The position numbers were made by a program, and so were the translations under genes. Below, piece after piece: positions 10,354-18,555 of a stretch of 32,000 nucleotides of DNA. How positions within the stretch are numbered: position 1 is the stretch's first letter; each line of letters begins with the position of its first letter. The notes under the pieces are model-generated. The model did no database searches. It had not been told where the DNA came from and saw only the letters and a list, made by a program, of their open reading frames with translations. Source of the DNA: Candidatus Karelsulcia muelleri (GTDB lineage Bacteria; Bacteroidota; Bacteroidia; Flavobacteriales; Blattabacteriaceae); the NCBI RefSeq assembly GCF_022985615.1, contig NZ_CP094965.1, positions 90,001 through 122,000 on the forward strand. Direction: 5' to 3'.

Positions 10354-10392
10354 AAAAAAGATTATATTAATTCCAAAGCCTAAGTTAGAATT

Positions 10393-11493
10393 ATGGTAAT
10401 GAAAATTGCAGTCCTTCCTGGTGACGGAATAGGACCAGAAATTTTGGTTCAATCATTAAAAGTTTTAAAAGCAATAAGTTTAAAATTTGGACATAAATTT
10501 ATTATATCAAATTGTTTAATAGGTGCAGAGTCAATTAAAAAAAACGGCTTACCAATTACTCAAGAAACTATAAATATTTGTAAAAGTTCTGATACTATTT
10601 TGTTAGGAGCAGTAGGGGATCCATTATATGATAATGACCCTCAAATAAAGATTCGACCTGAACAAGGTCTTTTAGAATTAAGAAAACATTTAGGATTATA
10701 TTGTAATATGAGACCGATAAAAACTTATAAGAAACTATTAAAAGTTTCTCCAATTAAACAATCATTTATAAAAAACGTAAATTTTGTTATTTTTAGAGAA
10801 TTAACAAGTGGAATATATTTTGGAAAAAAATGGAGATCCCAAGATGAAGCCTATGATACCTGTACTTATAATAAAGATATAATAAAAAAAATAGCTATTA
10901 AAGCTTTCGAAACTGCTAGACAACGCAAAAAAAAAATTACTTTAGTAGATAAAGCAAATGTCTTAGAAACTTCAAGATTATGGAGAGAAACAGTAAAAGA
11001 AATAGCTCAAAAGAACCAAGATATTAAAGTAGATTATATTTTTATTGATAATGCCAGTATGCAAATAGTTTTAAAACCTAGACAGTTTGATATTTTACTA
11101 ACTGATAACATGTTTGGTGATATTTTATCTGATGAAGCTAGTGTTATAACTGGTTCTTTAGGTTTATTGCCTTCTGTATCTTTTGGAGATCATTATTCAT
11201 TATATGAACCAGTACATGGTTCATTTCCACAAGCCAAAGGGAAAAATATTGCAAATCCACTAGGTTCTATTCTTTCAGTTTCTTTAATGTTAGAAAATTT
11301 TGGGTTAAAAAAAGAAAGTTTTTTGATCAATAGGGCAGTAAATGAATCAATAAATTTAGGAATTACTACTCAAGATCTAAATACTAAAAAGTCTTGCACA
11401 ACTAGTGAAGTTGGAGAATTTTTATTTACTTCAATTTTGAAGAAAAGAAAAAGAATAATAAAAAAAAATGATAATATCAAGTCTAAAAAATAA
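10393..11493 (+). CDS. leuB: 3-isopropylmalate dehydrogenase (start could be 10399)
   Basis: 'KIAVLPGDGIGPEILVQSLKVL', 'YEPVHGSFPQAKGKNIANPLGSILS', 'ELTSGIYFG'. Confidence 0.95.
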   Translation: MVMKIAVLPGDGIGPEILVQSLKVLKAISLKFGHKFIISNCLIGAESIKKNGLPITQETINICKSSDTILLGAVGDPLYDNDPQIKIRPEQGLLELRKHLGLYCNMRPIKTYKKLLKVSPIKQSFIKNVNFVIFRELTSGIYFGKKWRSQDEAYDTCTYNKDIIKKIAIKAFETARQRKKKITLVDKANVLETSRLWRETVKEIAQKNQDIKVDYIFIDNASMQIVLKPRQFDILLTDNMFGDILSDEASVITGSLGLLPSVSFGDHYSLYEPVHGSFPQAKGKNIANPLGSILSVSLMLENFGLKKESFLINRAVNESINLGITTQDLNTKKSCTTSEVGEFLFTSILKKRKRIIKKNDNIKSKK

Positions 11494-11665
11494 TTTAATA
11501 AAATTTATTTACAAATTAAAAAAAAATATAGATAATATTTTAATTTCACCTTCATATTTTCTATTGAATATTTTATATTGAATATTTTCTATTGATCTTG
11601 GAAAATTTGTAAAAACGAATATTTTCTATTGATCTTGGAAAATTGGTAAAAACCAGGAAACATAG

Positions 11666-11744
11666 GAGCTAGCTATTTTATATGAGCTAGCTATTTTATA
11701 TGAGCTAGCTATTTTATATGAGCTAGCTATTTTATATGAGCTAT
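11666..11744. repeat. 18-bp tandem array, about 4.4 copies
   Basis: gagctagctattttatat at 11666, 11684, 11702 and 11720, partial copy at 11738; contains the palindrome AGCTAGCT. Confidence 0.95.
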
Positions 11745-11839
11745 TAAGAACTGCACTGCATCAGCTATTTTAAGAACTGCATCAGCTAGCTATTTAACTG
11801 CATCAGCTATTGGGGTTGATGCAGTGTTTTTCTGTGATG

Positions 11840-11930
11840 AAAAGATAGACTTATGATAGACATAGACTTAGATAGACTTACTTAGATAGATAGACTTAGA
11901 TAGACTTACTTATGAAAGACTTATATAATC
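11840..11930. repeat. Degenerate GATAGACTTA-type repeats
   Basis: 'aaagatagacttatgatagacatagacttagatagacttacttagatagatagacttagatagacttacttatg'. Confidence 0.8.
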
Positions 11931-12076
11931 CTAAGCCTCTGATATTATTCAAATTCCAATAAAAAATAAATATATAGATTCTCTAAATGTTAGTAATGCT
12001 ACTGCTATTATACTTTTTGAAATATATCGCCAAAAATGTTTTACTTACTTACTTAAAAAACAGTTAGTTTTTGTAT

Positions 12077-12469
12077 TTACTTAAAAAACAGTTTTTGTAT
12101 TATATTTTCAAAACAGTTTTTTAGTTCATAAAAATTATGTAGTTTTTTTTTTAAATACATGAATATAATATAATATATTTTTTTTCTTTTAAATGGAATT
12201 ATTTTTTTATTCAATTGATAAGACCTTCTCATTAATCTTTTTATTCTATTTCTTTGATAAGATTTTATAATTTGTTTTTTTGAGACGAAGAAAGCTATTT
12301 TTACTTTAAAAGTAGAAGTAGAATTATATTTAGAAGTAGAAGTTTCTAGGTAGGCTACCTTCAATAAATTATTTTCTATTTTTTTACCATTACGAAATAT
12401 TGTATTTACTATTTTTTTTTTATTTATAATCTCTTTTTTTTTTAATTTATTGTTAGTAAAAAAATGCAT
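12077..12469 (-). CDS. rnpA: Ribonuclease P protein component (start inferred at MHFFTNNK)
   Basis: 'KIAFFVSKKQIIKSYQRNRIKRLMRRSYQLNK' matches the RnpA RNR motif; the first 34 residues of the tracked ORF come from repeat-rich spacer. Confidence 0.85.
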   Translation of the reverse strand: MHFFTNNKLKKKEIINKKKIVNTIFRNGKKIENNLLKVAYLETSTSKYNSTSTFKVKIAFFVSKKQIIKSYQRNRIKRLMRRSYQLNKKIIPFKRKKIYYIIFMYLKKKLHNFYELKNCFENIIQKLFFK

Positions 12470-12679
12470 GTTTTCTATTTTTATTCTTATTATAATTCTA
12501 ATAATTATTAGTAGAAGTAGACAAGTAGCACTTAAGTAGCAGTAGCAATTAATTATAAGTAGCAGTAGCAATTAATTAAAGTATTATTCTTCTACTTATG
12601 AGATATAGTATTTTAAGCCTAGATAGAAAAAAAAGTGTCTTAAGAAATTATTTGGTAGCTGGTAGTTGAAGAGTGTTAT

Positions 12680-12795
12680 GTTATGAAGAGTGTTATGTTA
12701 TGAAGAGTGTTAATTTTGGAATTTTGGAATTGAGAGAGACAAGACAACAGAGAGAGACAGACAGACAACAGAGACAACAGACAACATTGAGAGAC
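12680..12795. repeat. Short repeats directly upstream of prfB
   Basis: 'gtgttatgttatgaagagtgttatgttatgaagagtgtta', then (agacaacagagag / cagacagacaacagagacaacagacaac). Confidence 0.85.
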
Positions 12796-12802
12796 TGATC
12801 TT

Positions 12803-13624
12803 ATGAAAACTATTGAAAATACATTATTTAATTTAGAATTAGAAAATTTGTTATTTAAAAAAGAAGATAAATTAGGAGCTATTATCCAAATAACAGCAGG
12901 ACCTGGAGGTAATGAAAGTTGTGATTGGGTATTTTTATTACATAGGATGTACACTCGGTGGGCTGAAAAAAATAATTTTAAAATTAAAAAGGTTTATTTT
13001 TTTCGAGGAGAATTAGGAGGGTTTAAAACGATTACTTTTAAAATTCAAGGAATGTATGCTTTTGGATACTTAAAAGGTGAAAATGGAATCCATAGATTAG
13101 TGAGGTTATCTCCCTACAAAAATAAATCTAAAAGACACACTACTTTGGCTTCAGTATACATATATCCTTTAAGAAAGAAAGAAATTAAAATATCTATTAA
13201 AGAATCAGACATAAAATGGGAAACTTTTAGATCCAAAGGATCTGGAGGGCAAAATGTTAATAAAGTAGAAACTGGTGTAAGACTGATTCATAAACCCACT
13301 AATATAATTATAGTAAATATGGAGACTCGTTCTCAATACAATAACAAAATTAAAGCCTTACGTTTACTAAAAGAGAAATTATTTTCTCTCGAAATTAATT
13401 CCCAAAGATATAATCTAGAAAAAAATAAATCTCAATCTCAAGAAAAAAATAAATCTCAATGGGGGACACAAATAAGAAATTATATTATGCATCCTTATAA
13501 ATTAGTAAAAGATATTAGGACGAATTATGAAACAACTGATGTAAAATCAGTATTAAATGGTAACATAAATATTTTTTTAAAAAAGTATTTAGATAAAAAT
13601 AAAAATAAAAATAAAATATGCTAA
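12803..13624 (+). CDS. prfB: Peptide chain release factor 2, lacking domain 1
   Basis: 'ITAGPGGNESCDWVFLLHRMYTRWAEKNNFKIK', 'GIHRLVRLSPYKNKSKRHTTLAS', 'RSKGSGGQNVNKVETGVRLIH', 'WGTQIRNYIMHPYKLVKDIRTNYET' (RF2-type C-terminus). Confidence 0.9.
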   Translation: MKTIENTLFNLELENLLFKKEDKLGAIIQITAGPGGNESCDWVFLLHRMYTRWAEKNNFKIKKVYFFRGELGGFKTITFKIQGMYAFGYLKGENGIHRLVRLSPYKNKSKRHTTLASVYIYPLRKKEIKISIKESDIKWETFRSKGSGGQNVNKVETGVRLIHKPTNIIIVNMETRSQYNNKIKALRLLKEKLFSLEINSQRYNLEKNKSQSQEKNKSQWGTQIRNYIMHPYKLVKDIRTNYETTDVKSVLNGNINIFLKKYLDKNKNKNKIC

Positions 13625-13628
13625 AAAA

Positions 13629-13823
13629 ATGAAATTGATTTTGAAATCCAAAAAAGGGGAAGATATAGAGAAAGTATTAAAAATGTATAGAAAAAAAATT
13701 GATAAATCAGCTTTAATCAAAGAAGTAAAAAAGCACCAAGAATATATTAAACCTTCACAAAAAAGAAGAAATAATTTGATTAAAGCGAGATATAAACAAT
13801 TTCTTAAATATTCTATAGATTAA
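13629..13823 (+). CDS. rpsU: 30S ribosomal protein S21
   Basis: 64 aa 'MKLILKSKKGEDIEKVLKMYRKKIDKSALIKEVKKHQEYIKPSQKRR'; size and motif of S21. Confidence 0.85.
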   Translation: MKLILKSKKGEDIEKVLKMYRKKIDKSALIKEVKKHQEYIKPSQKRRNNLIKARYKQFLKYSID

Positions 13824-13829
13824 GATGTT

Positions 13830-14795
13830 TTATTTTAGGTGATTATATAAAACATTTTTTATATTTTTAATTTCTTTCGGATTGAAAAAAGAAAGAAAAA
13901 AAGTTTTTTCTTGTGTTGGAAATTTCTGAAGAATAATTTTTTTAAAACTTAAAATATCAGATTTAGAAATAAGAATAATTTTTTGTTTTAATAATAGACT
14001 ATTATCGTAATTCTTCAATTCTTCAAGAATTATATTATATTCCTGCAGAATATTCTTACTCTCAACAGAAAGAATAATTATAATAACTTTATTATATTTA
14101 GTATGTTTTAAAAAATTAATTCCTAAACCTTTTCCTTTATTAGAACCTTTAACTATACCAGGGAGTTCCAAAATAATAAAAGTATACCATTTATTGTACT
14201 TTACTATTCCTATATTGGGTAGAGTAGTGGTAAAAGAATAATCCTTGATCTCAGTATTTAGAGCAGCTAGTTTAGAAATTAAAGTTGATTTTCCAGAATT
14301 TGGAAATCCGATTATCCCAACATCAGCATAAATTATGAATTCTAATATTAGCCATTTAGATTTTCCAGGAGAACCCTTTAAATCAAGTTTACTTCTAAAG
14401 TTGTAATCAGAATTTCCTTTACCTCCTTTTCCACCTTTAAATAAAAGTTTGTTTTTATTATGTTTATGAATCTTTAATAAGATATTGTTATTAATATCTT
14501 TTATGGTGGTCCCTAAAGGAACTTCAATTAATAAATCTTTTCCATTTGAACCATTTTTACAATTAGAACCACCTATTTCACCATTTTCTGCAAAATTATG
14601 TTTTTTATGTTTTAAAGTATTAAGAGATTTGAGTCGTTTATTTCCTTTTATAATAATATTTCCACCATTTCCACCATTTCCACCATCTGAAAAACTTCTT
14701 TTAGATCTTCTGTTTTTAAAACAATGGATTTTACCGGCTCCTCCATCTCCACTTTTACAAAAGATTTTTAAATAATCTAAAAAGTTTGATGACAT
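13830..14795 (-). CDS. obg: Obg-family GTPase
   Basis: Gly-rich Obg fold 'CKSGDGGAGKIHCFKNRRSKRSFSDGGNGGNGGNIIIKG' and P-loop 'GFPNSGKSTLISKL'. Confidence 0.92.
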   Translation of the reverse strand: MSSNFLDYLKIFCKSGDGGAGKIHCFKNRRSKRSFSDGGNGGNGGNIIIKGNKRLKSLNTLKHKKHNFAENGEIGGSNCKNGSNGKDLLIEVPLGTTIKDINNNILLKIHKHNKNKLLFKGGKGGKGNSDYNFRSKLDLKGSPGKSKWLILEFIIYADVGIIGFPNSGKSTLISKLAALNTEIKDYSFTTTLPNIGIVKYNKWYTFIILELPGIVKGSNKGKGLGINFLKHTKYNKVIIIILSVESKNILQEYNIILEELKNYDNSLLLKQKIILISKSDILSFKKIILQKFPTQEKTFFLSFFNPKEIKNIKNVLYNHLK

Positions 14796-14804
14796 ATATA
14801 TTTT

Positions 14805-16196
14805 TTAAATATGTATACTTTTTCCATAAGCCTTTTCAATAGCCTCAACTATAGATTCATTAATTGAAGGATGAGGATGGGTACTTTCTAATACGTCAAT
14901 AGGTGTAGTTTCCAAGTTTCTTGCGATTATTACTTCTGTAATGAGTTCTGTCACACCTTTTCCAATCATATGACATCCTAACCATTCACCATATTTTTTA
15001 TCAAATATGACTTTAATAAATCCTTCTGTTTCTCCATTAATTTTTGCCTTTCCTAAAGCCGAAAAAGGAAACTTACCTACTTTAATTTCAAAGCCTTTTT
15101 CTAAAGCTTCTTTCTCAGAGTAACCTACAAAGGCTATCTCAGGATTAGTATAAATACACATAGGTATATTATTGTAGTTTAATTTTTTAGTATTTAATCC
15201 CATCATTTTTTCTACACAAAGTTTGGCTTCTTGAGAGGCTACATGAGCTAATGAAAATCCAGGAATTACATCACCTATCGCATAATAATTTTTTCTATTA
15301 GTTTCATAATATTCATTAACTTTAATATGTCCATTTTTAGTCAATTTTATTCCTACATTTTCTAAGCCTAAATTCTTGGTATTTGGAGCCACCCCAATAG
15401 CAGAAATAAGGTAATCTACCTTTACTCTAATAGTAGAGTTAGTTTTTCTATTCTCTATTTCAATATTTATTTTTTGGGATTTTAAGTATTCAATTTCTTT
15501 TATTATGGAATTAGTTAATAGCTTTATTCCTTTCTTTCTAAAAGTTTTGCTAATTTCGATGGATATTTCTGTCTCTGCATTAGGTAAAATGTGGGAATTT
15601 TTTTCTACTATTATTACATTGGATCCAATAACGTTATAAAAATAAGCAAATTCTAAACCGATAGCACCTGAACCAATAATTAAAATATTTTTGGGTATTT
15701 CTCTTATTGACATTGCCCCTTTATAATTTACTAAATTGGGTATTTTAGTAAAATATAATTTTTTAGGTTTTGCACCAGTAGCTATTATTAATTTAGAAAA
15801 TTGATATTTTTTTATATTTTTTTTATTCTTTACAGTAATTGTATTTTCTTTGCAAATTTTCGCAGTCCCATATATTAATTTTATATCATTTTTTTTAATT
15901 AAAAATTCTACTCCTTTTTGGAGTTCCTCAACTATTTTCCTACTTCTATCTAAAATCTTTTCCAATTTTAATTCAACCTTTTGAACCTTTATTCCAAATT
16001 GGTTAGAAGTTTTAAAAAGTTGGAATAAATTAGCACTTTTCAATAACGACTTTGTCGGAATGCATCCCCAATTCAAACAAACTCCTCCTAATTCTTTTTT
16101 TTCTACGATTGCCGTTTTTAAACCAAATTGGGCAGCTCTGATTGCTGCCGTATATCCTGCTGGACCACTGCCAATAACTATTAAATCAAAATGCAT
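14805..16196 (-). CDS. lpdA: Dihydrolipoyl dehydrogenase
   Basis: 'LIVIGSGPAGYTAAIRAAQFGLKTAIVEKKELGGVCLNWGCIPTKSLLKSA', 'YAIGDVIPGFSLAHVASQE', 'HPHPSINESIVEA'. Confidence 0.96.
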   Translation of the reverse strand: MHFDLIVIGSGPAGYTAAIRAAQFGLKTAIVEKKELGGVCLNWGCIPTKSLLKSANLFQLFKTSNQFGIKVQKVELKLEKILDRSRKIVEELQKGVEFLIKKNDIKLIYGTAKICKENTITVKNKKNIKKYQFSKLIIATGAKPKKLYFTKIPNLVNYKGAMSIREIPKNILIIGSGAIGLEFAYFYNVIGSNVIIVEKNSHILPNAETEISIEISKTFRKKGIKLLTNSIIKEIEYLKSQKINIEIENRKTNSTIRVKVDYLISAIGVAPNTKNLGLENVGIKLTKNGHIKVNEYYETNRKNYYAIGDVIPGFSLAHVASQEAKLCVEKMMGLNTKKLNYNNIPMCIYTNPEIAFVGYSEKEALEKGFEIKVGKFPFSALGKAKINGETEGFIKVIFDKKYGEWLGCHMIGKGVTELITEVIIARNLETTPIDVLESTHPHPSINESIVEAIEKAYGKSIHI

Positions 16197-16222
16197 AAAA
16201 TATCAATTTAAAAGCCAACAAA

Positions 16223-16296
16223 TGCTCACGACTGGATTTGAACCAGCATAAACTACTACCTCAAAGTAGTGTGTATACCTCTTCCACCACGTAAGC
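16223..16296 (-). tRNA. tRNA-Leu (GAG) with a short variable loop
   Basis: Reverse complement GCTTACG TG GTGGAAGAGGTATACAC A CTACT TTGAGGT AGTAG TTTAT GCTGG TTCAAAT CCAGT CGTGAGC A; Leu-like D-arm and anticodon GAG. Confidence 0.85.
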
Positions 16297-16355
16297 TGAA
16301 ATGAAAATTAATAAATATCAAATCCCCTAACTTATCAAAAGTTAGAAGATAAATT

Positions 16356-16429
16356 GGTGTGATAGCTTAATTGGTAAGAGTATCGGATTCATAATCCGAA
16401 GGTCGAGGGTTCAAATCCCTCTCACACCA
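16356..16429 (+). tRNA. tRNA with CAT anticodon (elongator Met, or lysidine-modified Ile2)
   Basis: GGTGTGA TA GCTTAATTGGTAAGAGT A TCGGA TTCATAA TCCGA AGGTC GAGGG TTCAAAT CCCTC TCACACC A; G1:C72 pair and no initiator GGG/CCC stem. Confidence 0.9.
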
Positions 16430-16692
16430 CTAAAAATAAAAATGAATAGCCAATGTGTTGTGTTGTGTTAGGAAATAATGTTGGTCATTTGGAGATTATT
16501 TTATGTTACAATTTTTCAAGGCTTGGCTTTTTTCAAGGGAATAAAGAAGATAATCTTTTGACAGTGACTATTGGAAGAAAAGGAAGAAAAAAAATAGATG
16601 AGAGTTTTTTGATAAAAAACATAATTTTTGGTAAAAACTTGGTCAAAACATCCTTTAGAGATAGAATTATGGAATATAGTTTTTATTCAATC

Positions 16693-16764
16693 AGATGGTA
16701 CCTTAGATGGTACCTTAGATGGTACCTTACATGGTACCTTACATGGTACCTTAGATGGTACCTT
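16693..16764. repeat. 12-bp tandem array x6
   Basis: agatggtacctt (x4) / acatggtacctt (x2), each unit with a GGTACC palindrome. Confidence 0.95.
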
Positions 16765-16805
16765 AGTTAAATTACCTACTTTGGAATGCCTACTTTTGAA
16801 TGGGT

Positions 16806-16990
16806 TGCTGATCTTGCTGATCTTATCTTATCTGATCTTGCTGATCTTATCTTATCTGATCTTGCTGATCTTATCTTATCTTGCTTATCATCTTGCTTAT
16901 CTGATCTTGCTGATCTTATCTTATCTTATCTTGCTTATCTGATCTGATCTATCTGATCTGATCTATCTGATCTGATCTTGCTGATCTTAT
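16806..16990. repeat. 24-bp CTGATCTTGCTGATCTTATCTTAT-type array, degenerating downstream
   Basis: Period 24 (TTG landmarks at 16816, 16840 and 16864), then shuffled CTGATC/TTATC/TTGC modules. Confidence 0.92.
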
Positions 16991-17049
16991 CATCTTGCAA
17001 AAAATATACTATTTGCTACTTTAGCTCAAAATACTAATAAAGTATATGG

Positions 17050-17320
17050 AGTCACAAGTAGATAAGTAGATATAATATCACAAGTAGATAAGTAAGTAGA
17101 TATAATATAATATCACATCACAAGTAGATACAAGTAAAGTAAAGTATCACAAGTATCACAAGTAAACAAGTATCACAAGTATCACAAGTAAAGTAAAGTA
17201 TCACAAGTATCACAAGTAAACAAGTAAACAAGTAAACAAGTAAACAAGTAAACAAGTAAACAAGTAAACAAGTAAACAAGTAAACAAGTAAACAAGTAAA
17301 GTAAAGTAAAGTAAAGTAGA
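17050..17320. repeat. AAGTA-module repeats including AAGTAAAC x10
   Basis: 'cacaagtagataagtagatataatat', 'cacaagtat' modules, then aagtaaac x10 at 17214-17293, then aagtaaag. Confidence 0.95.
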
Positions 17321-17364
17321 TATAATAGCAGATCAGTAGTTTTCGCAATATATGATGGTATAAT

Positions 17365-17440
17365 TCCTTAAGGAAGAACCTTAAGGAAGAAGAACCTAAG
17401 AACCTTAAGGAAGAAGAACCTTCCTTAAGGAAGAAGAACC
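17365..17440. repeat. CCTTAAGG/AAGAAGAACC palindromic repeats
   Basis: 'ccttaaggaagaaccttaaggaagaagaacctaagaaccttaaggaagaagaaccttccttaaggaagaagaaccc'. Confidence 0.85.
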
Positions 17441-17520
17441 CTTCAAGAAGAGAATAATCCTAATAGACTATATAAGCTATCATATAATAATAAAAAAAAT
17501 AGGAATCTGTAATTCTAAAA

Positions 17521-17975
17521 ATATTAAGAATAGGAATAGGAAACTCTTAGGAGTAGATGTTAAAAATCTTAATATTAATATTAAGAATAGGAATAGGAAA
17601 CTCTTAGGAGTAGATGTTAAAAATCTTAATATTAATATTAAATGTTAAAAATCTTAATATTAATATTAAATGTTAAAAATCTTAATATTAATATTAAGAA
17701 TAAGAATCTTAATATTAATATTAAGAATAAGAATAAGAATAAGAATAAGAATAAGAATCTTAATATTAATATTAAGAATAAGAATAAGAATAAGAATAAG
17801 AATAAGAATCTTAATATTAATATTAAGAATAAGAATAAGAATAAGAATAAGAATAAGAATCTTAATATTAATATTAAGAATAAGAATAAGAATAAGAATA
17901 AGAATCTTAATATTAATATTAAGAATAAGAATAAGAATCTTAATATTAATATTAAGAAAATAAGAATAAGAATAA
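17521..17975. repeat. Array of an 18-bp perfect palindrome CTTAATATTAATATTAAG separated by AATAAG hexamer runs
   Basis: Perfect copies at 17568, 17681, 17708, 17759, 17810, 17861, 17906 and 17939; near-copies at about 17625 and 17653. Confidence 0.95.
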
Positions 17976-18000
17976 GAATAAGTTTAATATTAAATTAGTA

Positions 18001-18126
18001 ATAGGAATAGTAATAGGAATAGTAATAGGAATAGTAATAGGAATAGTAATAGGAATAGTAATAGGATTAGTAATAGGAATAGGATTAGTAATAGGAATAG
18101 GATTAGTAATAGGAATAGGATTAGTA
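18001..18126. repeat. 12-bp (ATAGGAATAGTA x5) then 18-bp (ATAGGAATAGGATTAGTA x3) arrays
   Basis: Read directly from 18001-18126. Confidence 0.95.
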
Positions 18127-18300
18127 ATAGGAATAGGAATAATATAGGAATAGGAATAGGAATAGAATAATAGTTAGTAATAGGAATAGGATTAGTAATT
18201 AGTAAGTAGGAATAAATATAGTAGGAAATTAGAGTATCAGTATTATAGTATAGAGGATATATAATATGATAATACTATATATGATAGTATAATATATACT

Positions 18301-18555
18301 AATAGGATAGGATAATATGAGATAGTATCATAGATATCATATGATAGTATCCTATCATATGATAGTCTAATATGAGTATACTAATACTAATAGGATAGGA
18401 TAATATGAGATAGTATCATAGATATCATATGATAGTATCCTATCATATGATAGTCTAATATGAGTATACTAATACTAATAGGATAGGATAATATGAGATA
18501 GTATCATAGATATCATATGATAGTACTATCATATGATAGTCTAATATGAGGATAC
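18301..18555. repeat. 88-bp tandem repeat, about 2.9 copies
   Basis: Unit 'aataggataggataatatgagatagtatcatagatatcatatgatagtatcctatcatatgatagtctaatatgagtatactaatact' starts at 18301, 18389 and 18477 (third copy imperfect). Confidence 0.95.

Noticed and set aside
16453-16942. ORFs 16453..16770 and 16628..16942
   Set aside because: The C-terminal halves (RWYLRWYL.., LLILLILSYLI..) are tandem-repeat translations. The first ~80 aa of the former is not recognisable as any family, so at most an unidentified remnant.
17118-17348. ORF 'LVYLFTCLLVYLFTCLL...' on minus strand
   Set aside because: 8-bp aagtaaac repeat translated; no gene support.
17521-17975. CRISPR-like repeat-spacer array
   Set aside because: Spacers are themselves AATAAG repeats with no unique sequence, spacing is irregular, and no cas-like genes are present.
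17642-17998. ORF 'MLKILILILNVKNLNINIKNKNKNKN...' (and overlapping 17670..17963)
   Set aside because: Pure translation of the palindrome/hexamer array. Frames stay open because the unit lengths are multiples of 3 and lack stops, and two different frames are open at once.
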